IMG/VR virus record: IMGVR_UViG_3300012664_000116
Coordinates: 1 to 27,511 of that record
Length of the DNA: 27,511 nucleotides
From: a virus
Lineage: Duplodnaviria; Caudoviricetes
Strand: one strand, 5' to 3'
Both the position numbers and the translations under genes were made by a program. Each line of letters starts with the position of its first letter. Position 1 is the stretch's first letter. The notes beneath the pieces were generated by a model. The model ran no database searches and was not told the DNA's origin. It was given only the letters and a program-made list of their open reading frames with translations. This document shows positions 15,831 to 25,197 of this stretch, one piece after another.

Positions 15831-16985
15831 ATGGCAATTTACAGGGGTGATGGCGGTAGCGTAGAAGGTATCACAGAAGCTGATATCTTGCTTATCGCTA
15901 TCTCTCAAGGTGGCACAGGGGCTTCAACAGCCGCAGGAGCTAGGACTAACTTAGGTCTTGGCTCAGCTGCCACTACTAGCTCTGGTGACTACGCTACAGC
16001 TGCTCAGGGTGCATTAGCTGACTCAGCTGTACAACCTGCTGATATTGGCACTGCTGCTGCTCAAGATGTGGAGTACTTCGCTACTGCTGCACAGGGGGCC
16101 TTAGCTGATTCAGCGATTCAGTCTGGTGACTTAGCTACAGTAGCTACATCGGGTAGCTACAATGACTTGACAGATAAGCCTTCAGCTGGCTCAGGAACAG
16201 TTACTTCAGTAGCTATGACAGTCCCTACAGGATTGGCTATTTCAGGCTCTCCTGTGACTACAACAGGTACTTTAGCTGTTACCTACGATACTGGTTACGC
16301 TATCCCTACGACATCTAAGCAGACTGAATGGGATACTGCTTATACTGATCGTAATAAGTGGGATGGAGGCTCTACAGGGCTCACAGCTGCTACAGGACGT
16401 ACTAGCTTAGGGTTAGGCACTGCTGCTACCACTGCCGCTACTGATTACGCTACAGCTGCTCAAGGTAGTAATGCTGATACTGCCTACGGTTGGGGAAACC
16501 ATGCGAGTGCAGGGTATCTCACAAGTGAAACGTACACTGGTACTGTAACTAGCGTTGCAATGACTGTACCTACTGGTTTGTCTATCTCTGGTACACCAGT
16601 GACAAGCTCAGGTACTCTAGCTTTGACTCTGACAAGTGGTTACTCGATACCAACTACTACAGATCAGACTAATTGGAGTACTGCGTATGGTTGGGGTAAT
16701 CACGCTAGTGCTGGATACTTAACCACTGAGACTTACACAGGTACTGTCACTTCAGTGGCTATGACTGTTCCAACAGGGTTATCTATATCAGGTAGTCCCA
16801 TTACTAGCTCAGGAACGTTAGCTCTTACGTTGACAGCAGGATATTCAATTCCTACTACAACGAATCAGACTAACTGGTCTACAGCATACGGATGGGGCAA
16901 CCATGCCTCCGCAGGTTACTTAACTTCATCGTCTACTTTGGACGCATCTAAACTCTCTGGCGTGATCGACGGCGGGACGTACTAA
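15831..16985 (+). CDS. repeat-rich fibre protein
   Basis: GGTGASTAAGARTNLGLG, ATAAQGALADSA repeats, three GTVTSVAMTVPTGL repeats, C-terminal IDGGTY. Confidence 0.8.
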   Translation: MAIYRGDGGSVEGITEADILLIAISQGGTGASTAAGARTNLGLGSAATTSSGDYATAAQGALADSAVQPADIGTAAAQDVEYFATAAQGALADSAIQSGDLATVATSGSYNDLTDKPSAGSGTVTSVAMTVPTGLAISGSPVTTTGTLAVTYDTGYAIPTTSKQTEWDTAYTDRNKWDGGSTGLTAATGRTSLGLGTAATTAATDYATAAQGSNADTAYGWGNHASAGYLTSETYTGTVTSVAMTVPTGLSISGTPVTSSGTLALTLTSGYSIPTTTDQTNWSTAYGWGNHASAGYLTTETYTGTVTSVAMTVPTGLSISGSPITSSGTLALTLTAGYSIPTTTNQTNWSTAYGWGNHASAGYLTSSSTLDASKLSGVIDGGTY

Positions 16986-17006
16986 TTTACATAGGAAACT
17001 ATAAAC

Positions 17007-18239
17007 ATGGCATCAACTATCAAAATTAAGAATAGCTCTACTACAGGAGCTGTACCCACCTCAAGCGATCTCGTACAAGGTGAGTTAGCTATTAACGTCA
17101 CTGATCGTAGTATCTACACTGAGAATGCTTCAGGTACTGTCGTTAAGCTCAATGCTCCTTCTATCGACGATAAGAACACAGGTGCTACTAAGTACTTGAC
17201 TATTGATACTTCAGGTAACTTAGGTCTTGGTGTTAGTCCTAGTTCTTGGAGAGCAAGCCAGACGGCTATTCAGTTTGGCAGCACAGGAGGTTACGCCGTT
17301 CTTGGCGCTGGTTATGCCACCAACGCGATGGTTCAGGTTGGCACAAACTTCTATGTGAATAGCTCCGGCAATTCGATTTACGCTTCCAGCAACGCTGCAT
17401 CTAACTACAATCAGGTTAACGGCGCTCACGCTTGGTATTACGCAGCTTCAGGCACACAAGGTAACTCAATCAGCTTCACCCAAGCAATGACGCTTGATGC
17501 TAGTGGGCGTTTGGTTATTGGTGGAACTACTGCAACAACAGGCGCTTTGTTAACTGTTGGAACTTCTGGTGGCGGCTCTAATGTAATTCACATTCCAGCA
17601 AACACGGGTGCTTTTACTTCATTTCCTTCTACTGGGACTGTGCTTGCTAACGGATATTCTCTTACATATCTAACTTATCAAGCGGATGGTTTAATTTTTA
17701 GTAAGTCAGGCGGTTCGGAAGCTGCCCGTATCGACTCCAGCGGTAACTTGCTGGTGGGGACTACAAGTACTGGTTTAAAAACAGCAAGAAGCATGGGTTT
17801 TCAAGTTTCTGGTGGCTGTGTTCAATACATTAGCCATTCAACTTCTGATGCCTCTGGTGATTCTTATGTTGAGTTTGGCTACAACGGAACAAAAATTGGT
17901 TCTATCACTCAAAACGGCACAACAGCAGTTCTTTACAACACTACTTCTGACTATCGTTTAAAAACAGTTATTGGTTCTGTGACAGGCGCTGGTGAACGTA
18001 TTGATGCACTTGAGCCTGTTGAGTACGAGTGGAACTCTGACGGTTCACGTACCCGTGGTTTCTTGGCTCATAAATTCCAAGAGGTATATGCAGGCAGCGT
18101 AAGCGGCACTAAAGATGCTGTTGATGCTGATGGAAATCCTTTGTACCAATCTATGCAAGCAGGTTCGTCAGAAGTAATTGCCGACTTGGTAGCTGAAATC
18201 CAATCCCTTCGTCAACGCCTCGCAACAGCAGGTATTTAA
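17007..18239 (+). CDS. tail fibre / receptor-binding protein with Mtd_N-like N-terminus and C-terminal intramolecular chaperone (peptidase S74-like)
   Basis: TIKIKNS...GELAINVTD N-terminus; RIDSSGNLLVGTTS-type repeats; TSDYRLK...GFLAH...coiled-coil end. Confidence 0.85.
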   Translation: MASTIKIKNSSTTGAVPTSSDLVQGELAINVTDRSIYTENASGTVVKLNAPSIDDKNTGATKYLTIDTSGNLGLGVSPSSWRASQTAIQFGSTGGYAVLGAGYATNAMVQVGTNFYVNSSGNSIYASSNAASNYNQVNGAHAWYYAASGTQGNSISFTQAMTLDASGRLVIGGTTATTGALLTVGTSGGGSNVIHIPANTGAFTSFPSTGTVLANGYSLTYLTYQADGLIFSKSGGSEAARIDSSGNLLVGTTSTGLKTARSMGFQVSGGCVQYISHSTSDASGDSYVEFGYNGTKIGSITQNGTTAVLYNTTSDYRLKTVIGSVTGAGERIDALEPVEYEWNSDGSRTRGFLAHKFQEVYAGSVSGTKDAVDADGNPLYQSMQAGSSEVIADLVAEIQSLRQRLATAGI

Positions 18240-18259
18240 TATTTAAAGGAAACACTATC

Positions 18260-18568
18260 ATGACTACTACATTCAAAATCACAGCACTTGATCGTGACAC
18301 AGCAGACGGTTTCGTTACCGTTGCACATTGGACAGCTTCTAAAGTTGACGGTGACTTCTCAGCTTCTATCTACAACACTCAAGGCTTCACCAAACAAGAT
18401 GGTGTGAACTTGATTCCTTACGCTGATTTGACTGAACAAGTCGTTATCGGTTGGGTTCAAGAAGCTCTCGGCGAGGAAGCCGTAGCTGCTATTGACGCTG
18501 CTTTGACTGCTCAAATCTCTGAACAGCAAGCTCCATCTAAGGCTGTCGGTACTCCTTGGTCTGAATAA
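18260..18568 (+). CDS. tail-fibre-associated small protein
   Basis: IPYADLTEQVVIGWV and terminal PW motif; directly after the fibre gene. Confidence 0.7.
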   Translation: MTTTFKITALDRDTADGFVTVAHWTASKVDGDFSASIYNTQGFTKQDGVNLIPYADLTEQVVIGWVQEALGEEAVAAIDAALTAQISEQQAPSKAVGTPWSE

Positions 18569-18576
18569 GAACAACC

Positions 18577-18780
18577 ATGTCAGATCATGGTTTAACAACA
18601 GAGACAGGGATAGCTCTGGTAACTAAAACAGCACCTCCGGTGACAGTGAGTTTAGCTACTGTTGCTGGTTATCAAGTATCGGAGTTAGTTCTATGGGCTA
18701 CTCTGATCTACACGACTTTAATGATTGGTCATAAAGTATACCAAATCTTTAAAGATGTACGAGAATCTATTGACAAATAA
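18577..18780 (+). CDS. small membrane protein, possible holin
   Basis: Hydrophobic helix LVLWATLIYTTLMIG followed by a charged tail. Confidence 0.5.
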   Translation: MSDHGLTTETGIALVTKTAPPVTVSLATVAGYQVSELVLWATLIYTTLMIGHKVYQIFKDVRESIDK

Positions 18781-18798
18781 CTTGAAATAGGATAGGAT
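18770..18798 (+). promoter_or_regulatory. sigma70-type promoter
   Basis: TTGACA-17-TAGGAT, ending 7 bp before ATG 18806. Confidence 0.6.
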
Positions 18799-18805
18799 AC
18801 GCACT

Positions 18806-18976
18806 ATGGTAACTAAGAAGCAACAATCAGCTAAGGTAGGTAAAGTTATGGGTGAGTACAAAGAAGGTACTCTCCATAGTGGCAAGGGTGGTCCTGTCGT
18901 TAAAGACCGTAAGCAAGCCATTGCAATCAGCCTTTCGGAAGCTGGTTTGTCTAAACCAAAGAAGAAAAATAAATGA
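18806..18976 (+). CDS. small basic DUF6496-like protein (56 aa), absent from the ORF track
   Basis: KVMGEYKEGTLHSGKGG...RKQAIAISLSEA; ATGA overlap with the next gene. Confidence 0.75.
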   Translation: MVTKKQQSAKVGKVMGEYKEGTLHSGKGGPVVKDRKQAIAISLSEAGLSKPKKKNK

Positions 18977-19377
18977 TTTCTGCTGAATACGCTGCTGGTT
19001 TTATGGATGGAGAAGGGTGTATTAACGTTTCTTCTTGCCGAACTACTTCATTTATTCGTGTTTTAGTTGTGAATACTAATCGTGAAGTATTGGAGTTGTT
19101 TCAGCAGCGTTGGGGTGGAGATATCAAGCAAAACAAGCAGCAGAAAGCTCACTGGAAAGTTTCCTATACTTGGCGTGTTTCTCATGCAGCCTGTCGTGAG
19201 TTTTTAGACGATATTTATCCGTTCTTGGTTGTAAAGAAAAAACAAGCCGAAGCTGCTTTTATCTTCTTTGACCAACAGCCCGGTAAAGGTAAGAGATGGA
19301 CAGACAGTAGTCTTGAAGAAGCTAACAAGGCTATCCTAGCAATTAAACAGCTAAACAAAAAAGGCGTAGAGGTATAG
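18973..19377 (+). mobile_element. free-standing single-motif LAGLIDADG homing endonuclease gene
   Basis: N-terminal YAAGFMDGEGCI; FLDDIYPFLVVKKKQAE motif; 134 aa. Confidence 0.85.
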
Positions 19378-19378
19378 A

Positions 19379-19477
19379 ATGAAGAACAAACCACCTAAAA
19401 AAGATAAGTCTGAAGCTAAGATGCCCATGCGTGGTGCTCGTACAGCTAAGAACAAAGCTAAAAGCAAGAAGTACTGA
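19379..19477 (+). CDS. 32-aa very basic ORF (MKNKPPKKDKSEAKMPMRGARTAKNKAKSKKY)
   Basis: GAGGT SD; fills the gap before 19481. Confidence 0.55.
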   Translation: MKNKPPKKDKSEAKMPMRGARTAKNKAKSKKY

Positions 19478-19480
19478 TAA

Positions 19481-19816
19481 ATGGCACGTTCTGTCTCTGT
19501 AGGTAAGAACCTTACAGCTAATACTCTTACGTTGATCTACACTGTTCCTAATGGCTACTACGCTAAATGGAACCTGATGTACTTGTTTAACAACGGTGGA
19601 TCAACTAAGAGTATTACAGCTTACTGGACTGATGTGAGCGAATCAGCTGACATTTACGTCCATAACGGCACTATTGCAGCTGGAAGCTACGCTAGACAAG
19701 ATGGTGGAGCTTACGTAGTCTTAGAAGAAGGCGATAAGATCTACATGCAGAGCGAGGCAGGGAGTACTTTCAGCACTATCTGCACATTCGAGATCCATAA
19801 AAGAGATGGTCTTTAA
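19481..19816 (+). CDS. hypothetical virion-associated protein (111 aa)
   Basis: IYTVP and VLEEGDKI motifs, beta-rich; in the tail module. Confidence 0.7.
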   Translation: MARSVSVGKNLTANTLTLIYTVPNGYYAKWNLMYLFNNGGSTKSITAYWTDVSESADIYVHNGTIAAGSYARQDGGAYVVLEEGDKIYMQSEAGSTFSTICTFEIHKRDGL

Positions 19817-19821
19817 AATAT

Positions 19822-20469
19822 ATGACATATTTAGAATTAGTTAATAATGTGCTTCGTAGGCTCCGTGAACCTACAGTGACAAGCATTACCGATACCCCTT
19901 ACGCATCCATGATTGGTGTGTTGGTTAACGACGCTAAGCGTGAAGTAGAGGATGCAGCTGATTGGAACGTACTGTCTTCCACAGTGACTGTCACTACAGT
20001 AGCTGATACTTACAACTACACTATCACTGGCTCAGGTACTCGTTTCCGTGTCATTGATGTCTTGAACGACACAAGTAACGTTGTAGTTCGTCAAGCCCCT
20101 GCTACATGGTTGAACCAACAATTCATCTTAGGCACTACAACACCTAATACACCTATTTATTACGGTTTCAACGGTGTAGATACCAGTAACGACACACAAG
20201 TTGACTTGTTCCCTATCCCTAACGCTGCTTACACTATCCGTTTTAACTTGATTATCCCTCAAGCTGAGCTGTCGAATAACACTGATCGTATCCTTGTTTC
20301 TCCTCATCTCGTAGCTATGTTGACCTACGCTAAGGCTATTGCTGAACGTGGTGAAGACGGTGGTAACTTGTCGTCTGAAGCTTACGCCTTGTATAAGAGT
20401 GCTTTGTCTAACGAAGTAGCTATTGAGCGTAATCGTTACGGTGATGAACTGATCTGGACTAATCCATAA
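19822..20469 (+). CDS. head-tail adaptor / tail tubular protein A-like
   Basis: MTYLELVNNVLRRLRE N-terminus; size and position before the nozzle gene. Confidence 0.7.
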   Translation: MTYLELVNNVLRRLREPTVTSITDTPYASMIGVLVNDAKREVEDAADWNVLSSTVTVTTVADTYNYTITGSGTRFRVIDVLNDTSNVVVRQAPATWLNQQFILGTTTPNTPIYYGFNGVDTSNDTQVDLFPIPNAAYTIRFNLIIPQAELSNNTDRILVSPHLVAMLTYAKAIAERGEDGGNLSSEAYALYKSALSNEVAIERNRYGDELIWTNP

Positions 20470-22007
20470 TGGCTGAAGAGTTACTAGCCTCCTCTATTGC
20501 AGCTCCCGGCTTTATGGGAGTTAACACTCAGGACTCATCAGTGGGTCTTGAGTCAGGTTATGCCTCAGTTGCCTTTAACTGTATCATTGATAAGTTTGGT
20601 CGTGTAGGTGCTCGTAAGGGTTGGTTACCTAAGCACGTCACTAACGGTACATTGGGTTCAGCTAACGTCAAAGCTATCGGTGAGTTGATTGATAACTCAG
20701 GTAACTCCTACATCGTATTCGCTGGTAACAATAAGCTATTTAAGCTCGTAGGCTCAACAGTCACTGAATTGACTTACGGTGGTGGTGGTACAGCTCCTAC
20801 GATCTCAGACAGTAACTGGCAGATGGCTTCTTTGAGTGGTGTCTTGTATCTGTATCAATTAGGACATACACCTCTAGTATTTGATCCTGCTGTCTCTACA
20901 ACCACCTATAAGCGTATCACAGAGAAGACAGGGTACTTAGGTACAGCTCAGTTGTCTGACTGTGCTATCAGTGCTTACGGACGTATCTGGACAGCTAATA
21001 CAACTACAGACAAGAATACAATTCAATTCTCTGATATTCAAGCTGGACATATCTTGTCTACAGGTACTGCTGGTACTTTGGATGTATCACGTATCTGGCC
21101 TAACGGTGCTGATGAGATTGTAGCTTTAGCTGCTCATAATAACCAGTTATTCATCTTTGGTCGTCGTCAGATCCTGATTTACACCAATGCCACTGACCCT
21201 GCTGCTATGACTCTGTCTGATGCTATCTCAGGTGTTGGCTGTTGTGCTCGTGATTCAGTAGCTAAGACAGGCACTGATATTCTCTTCCTGTCTGATTCAG
21301 GTGTGCGTTCTATCGCTAGGACCATCCAAGAGAAGTCAGCTCCTTTGACTGACATTAGCTACAACGTCCGTGATGACTTAATTGCTGATCTAAGCTTAGA
21401 AACATTGGCTAACATCAAGGCTGTGTACTCTGATAGCAATGCTTTCTATATCATTACATTCCCTACGTCTAATACTACTTATTGTTTCGATACACGTTCT
21501 AAGCTACAAAGTGGAGCACATAGAGCTACTACTTGGAATTTAGTTCCTAAGTCCATGTTCGTTAACCGTAGCAAAGAAGTCATGATGGGCTTCGCTGGAT
21601 ACTTAGGTTACTACACTGGTCATCTAGACAACGCTGCCTCATATCGTCTTCAGTATCTCTCCACTTACATTGACTTCGGTAAGCCTTTGAACGTGAAGAT
21701 CTTGAAGAAGATTGGCTTTACGCTCATTGGTGGTAATCAGGCTCCTGTGGCTGTTAAGTACGCTTTTGACTATCAACCTAGCTATCAGTCTCGTAACATC
21801 ATCATGGGTGACTTAGCTGTGTCTGAATGGGGTACAGCTGAGTGGGGTATCTCTGAATGGACAGCTGGTGTTGTCTTCGATAATAAACGTATCCAAGCAA
21901 GCGGTAGCGGTAACGTGGTTCAGTTTGGACTTGAGACTGTTATCAATGACTTTGAAATAAGCATCCAAAAGATGGATGTATTTGTTAAAATGGGAAGAAC
22001 ATTATGA
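20469..22007 (+). CDS. tail nozzle / stabilisation protein (P22 gp10 or tubular B-like)
   Basis: 512 aa beta-rich, GVGCCARDSV...ILFLSDSGVRS; position. Confidence 0.7.
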   Translation: MAEELLASSIAAPGFMGVNTQDSSVGLESGYASVAFNCIIDKFGRVGARKGWLPKHVTNGTLGSANVKAIGELIDNSGNSYIVFAGNNKLFKLVGSTVTELTYGGGGTAPTISDSNWQMASLSGVLYLYQLGHTPLVFDPAVSTTTYKRITEKTGYLGTAQLSDCAISAYGRIWTANTTTDKNTIQFSDIQAGHILSTGTAGTLDVSRIWPNGADEIVALAAHNNQLFIFGRRQILIYTNATDPAAMTLSDAISGVGCCARDSVAKTGTDILFLSDSGVRSIARTIQEKSAPLTDISYNVRDDLIADLSLETLANIKAVYSDSNAFYIITFPTSNTTYCFDTRSKLQSGAHRATTWNLVPKSMFVNRSKEVMMGFAGYLGYYTGHLDNAASYRLQYLSTYIDFGKPLNVKILKKIGFTLIGGNQAPVAVKYAFDYQPSYQSRNIIMGDLAVSEWGTAEWGISEWTAGVVFDNKRIQASGSGNVVQFGLETVINDFEISIQKMDVFVKMGRTL

Positions 22008-22207
22008 GTAATTACACACCTGCTACGGACTTTGCAGCTAAGGATGCCTTATCTACAGGTAACCCATCTAAGCTTGCTAAAGGTACTGAAGTTGCAGCGG
22101 AGTTCTCAGCTATTCAAACAGCGGTTAACTCTAAATCTGATGCGGCATCTCCTGAGTTCTCAGGTACGTTTGCTGGTACGTACACTATCGACTGCGGAAC
22201 TTATTAA
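22004..22207 (+). CDS. short tail-anchor-like protein (67 aa)
   Basis: MSNYTPATDFAAKDAL...EFSAIQTAVNSK; ends IDCGTY. Confidence 0.65.
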   Translation: MSNYTPATDFAAKDALSTGNPSKLAKGTEVAAEFSAIQTAVNSKSDAASPEFSGTFAGTYTIDCGTY

Positions 22208-22216
22208 GGGTTAACA

Positions 22217-24016
22217 ATGGCTACAAAAAGTAAAAAAGTATTTGTAAAAGACATTAATGAATCTAATGTCACAGCTGGACAGCAGATGATGTTTGGAGGA
22301 CTTCCTTCTGATGTTATCGCTAAAGCTAATATTACACCTACCATTGATAAGTTTGGTAACGTCAAGTTCCCTAAAGAAGCTAAAGTCAAAGCAATAGGTC
22401 AATATACACCTACAGGCCCCGGAGCTGATGCAGATCAGACATACAGTCAAATCTACGTAAAAGACTTAGGAACTGTTAATGGTATCCGTGTATACGCTAA
22501 CTACGACTCTCAAGGTAAGTTAACTGGCTTTGATGAAGGTAGAGCACTGTCTGCTAATCAACCTGTTACTAAGGTTTACGAGAACGATAAGCAATTCCTT
22601 CGTCCTAAATGGGATGCTACAGGTAAAGCTACTCCAGTTAAAGGTGTAGACACTAAGAACGGTGGTTTGTTCAGTGACTTCGTTAGCGATGTAACAAGTG
22701 GTTTTGATGACCTAGTCTTACAGAATCCTGCCTTACGTGCTGCTGCTTTGGCTTACGCAGCTCCTATGGTTGCTGAAGGCTTTGGTGCTTCAGCAGGTGC
22801 TGGTACTGCAGGTGGAGGTGCTGTTGATCTCGGTACTGCTACAGGTGCTGATTTGTCTGCTGCCTACGATATGGGCTCTGTAGGCTCTGCTGGGGCTGGT
22901 GGTGCTACTGGAGCCGCTGGTATTGGCGCTGCAGAAGGTGGTTTACTGACAGGTGCTACTGATGCAGCTACAATTGCTACAGGTAACGCAGATAAAGCAG
23001 CTTTGTATGGCGATGCTGGCTACGGTGCTGGTATGACAGGAGCAGAGACTACAGCTTACGATACTGGGTTAGCCGCTGGCACAGCTGCCGCAGGTGTAGG
23101 CGCAGCAGGAGCCGCTGGAGCTGGAGCCTTAGGAGGTGCTTTAGGTGATGCAGGAACAGCTGCTCTCATAAAAGGTGGCGCTGCTCTTGCTGGTGGTCTT
23201 CTCCAAGGAGAAACTTCAAAGACTGCACTGACTGAAGACGCTACTAAACGTGCTGCTTTAGCTAAAGAAGTTAAAGACATGGGTAAGTTCACCCCTGTCG
23301 GTATCACTACTACGTTCGGTACTTCTAGCTTTGTAACAGACCCAGTAACAGGGACAATTACTCCTTCTTACACCCTGTCTCCTGCAGCTCAGGCGTATCA
23401 AGACAGTTTAGGTGGTCTAGGTACTACTGCTCTAAGCTCAGCTAAGGACATCATGAGCTTAGGTAACAAGTACATTGGTGAGTCTCCTGAGGCTGTCCGT
23501 AAACGTTACATCGACACACAGGCAGCGTTGTTGCAACCCGGTCAAGAAGCAGAGCTGGCTAAGATCCGTACTAACTTGACTAACACAGGACGTGGTGGTC
23601 TTTCGTTCGGTGCTACAAGCGATGGCATGGCTGCTACTAACCCTGAGTTGGCTGCTTACTATAACTCTCTCGCTATGACTAATCGTAGACTTGCTGCTGA
23701 CGCTGAGTCACAATATCAGAATCAAGTTAACTTCGGTACTGGTTTGTTGGGAAGTGCTACTAAGCCATTTACTAGCGTATTCGATGCTCAGAGAGGTGTT
23801 GAAACAGCTGGACAACAACCACTTACAATGTCTACTGACTTTGCTAACACTGTTGCTACTCGTGGCGCTGCTCAAGGTGCTAATTACGCTGCCGCTATGA
23901 ATCCTAGCTTGCAGAGTTCATATAACGCAGCTAACTATGACCCGTTTGCTACTGTCTTACAAGGCATGTCTGATAGCGATCTACTTGCATGGGGTTTGTC
24001 TAAGATCAAACCTTAA
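22217..24016 (+). CDS. probable internal virion / DNA ejection protein with Gly-Ala-rich segment
   Basis: Long G/A/T low-complexity middle; first of three large genes after the tail. Confidence 0.6.
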   Translation: MATKSKKVFVKDINESNVTAGQQMMFGGLPSDVIAKANITPTIDKFGNVKFPKEAKVKAIGQYTPTGPGADADQTYSQIYVKDLGTVNGIRVYANYDSQGKLTGFDEGRALSANQPVTKVYENDKQFLRPKWDATGKATPVKGVDTKNGGLFSDFVSDVTSGFDDLVLQNPALRAAALAYAAPMVAEGFGASAGAGTAGGGAVDLGTATGADLSAAYDMGSVGSAGAGGATGAAGIGAAEGGLLTGATDAATIATGNADKAALYGDAGYGAGMTGAETTAYDTGLAAGTAAAGVGAAGAAGAGALGGALGDAGTAALIKGGAALAGGLLQGETSKTALTEDATKRAALAKEVKDMGKFTPVGITTTFGTSSFVTDPVTGTITPSYTLSPAAQAYQDSLGGLGTTALSSAKDIMSLGNKYIGESPEAVRKRYIDTQAALLQPGQEAELAKIRTNLTNTGRGGLSFGATSDGMAATNPELAAYYNSLAMTNRRLAADAESQYQNQVNFGTGLLGSATKPFTSVFDAQRGVETAGQQPLTMSTDFANTVATRGAAQGANYAAAMNPSLQSSYNAANYDPFATVLQGMSDSDLLAWGLSKIKP

Positions 24017-24022
24017 TAAGTA

Positions 24023-24050
24023 TTTACGATATAATAAGATATAGTAATAT
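24023..24050 (+). promoter_or_regulatory. possible weak sigma70 promoter in an AT-rich gap
   Basis: TAAGTA-TTTACG-16-TAATAT; same TAAGTA prefix as the promoters at 10652 and 70. Confidence 0.3.
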
Positions 24051-24076
24051 AGTTACAATAGAAAGAGATAAAGAAT

Positions 24077-25189
24077 ATGGCTACAGACAGTGTAATGAAT
24101 TTATTCATGGACCCTTATCAGCTAGAGCAACAACGTCAAGCAGGTGTTAATCAACGTGCTGCTCAGTTTGCTCAGATGGACCCTATGGCACGAGCACAGT
24201 ACGGTATCTATCGAGGTGCTAGTAACTTAGGTACGGGCATTGGTGGTTTATTGGGTGCTGAAGACCCTCAGATGCAGTTGATGACTGTTCGTAAGCAGAT
24301 CATGCAACAAGTAGACCAGATGAACCCTGAGTCGTTAGCTCAAGCTGCACAAGCTCTCAATCAAGCCGGTGATACACAAGGCGCTTCTGTCTTGTTGAAC
24401 GCTGCTCGTACACGTGCTAAAGAGATTCAAACAGAGCAATTAACACAATCTCAAATTACACGTAACTTGCGTGAACGTCCTGCAAGTGTGTCTGAATTAT
24501 CAAAACTTCAAAGTGAACGTGATGATATTATTCGAGAGTTTGGTGAAGCAGATCCACGAGTTAAAGAAATTAATGCCTTGATTGCTAAAAAGACAACAGG
24601 TAAATCAATGGGTCAAGAAATTGCTGAAGGCTTGTCTCCAGCTTTGGCTGCTATTGCTGGCGCACAAGCTAAAAAGATGGGTGAAGCCAGTGGAACTGAT
24701 GTTGGTAAAAAGGTTGCAGATATTGAAGGATCTCAATCAGCTTTAACTGCCGTGCAAGGCGCTAAAGAAATATTCAATAAAGGTATCTACGCTGGTAAAT
24801 ACGGCCCTATGCAAGAAGGTTTAGCTGGTTATACAGAAGGTATGGTAGGCTCTAAAGAACGTCTTGCTAATACTGAGACTTTCCGTTCTTACTTAGGCGA
24901 CGTTGTTATTCCCGGATTGAAAGACTTCGGCGGTAGCGATACAGTTGAGGAATTGAAATATCTACAAGGTGTTTACGCAGGTGATACAACAGCTCAGCCT
25001 AAAGCTTTGAAGAATATGCTTGAACGTGCTGAGAATAAAATCAAAGCTAAAATCAATCGTATTCAATCACAACAAAAAGCCATTGAGACAGGAACGCCTC
25101 TTCCTACAGGCCCTAGCACAACAGGTGCGCCAAAAGCTACTCGTCGTTTCAATATGCAAACAGGTCAGTTTGAAACTATCACACAATAA
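24077..25189 (+). CDS. probable internal virion / ejection protein
   Basis: 370 aa, Q/A-rich helical; position. Confidence 0.6.
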   Translation: MATDSVMNLFMDPYQLEQQRQAGVNQRAAQFAQMDPMARAQYGIYRGASNLGTGIGGLLGAEDPQMQLMTVRKQIMQQVDQMNPESLAQAAQALNQAGDTQGASVLLNAARTRAKEIQTEQLTQSQITRNLRERPASVSELSKLQSERDDIIREFGEADPRVKEINALIAKKTTGKSMGQEIAEGLSPALAAIAGAQAKKMGEASGTDVGKKVADIEGSQSALTAVQGAKEIFNKGIYAGKYGPMQEGLAGYTEGMVGSKERLANTETFRSYLGDVVIPGLKDFGGSDTVEELKYLQGVYAGDTTAQPKALKNMLERAENKIKAKINRIQSQQKAIETGTPLPTGPSTTGAPKATRRFNMQTGQFETITQ

Positions 25190-25197
25190 GGTAAAGC

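Noticed and set aside
17007-18239. Diversity-generating retroelement target suggested by the Mtd_N-like N-terminus
   Set aside because: No reverse transcriptase or template/variable repeat pair seen; the C-terminus is a chaperone domain, not a lectin-type variable region
18973-19410. Group I intron or intein hosting the LAGLIDADG gene
   Set aside because: Flanks are coding with no room for a ribozyme core; the ORF has its own start and stop and no intein splice residues
19482-19496. Other TGGCACG matches (also near 24186 and 26510) as sigma54 promoters
   Set aside because: No GC at the -12 position and all lie inside coding sequence
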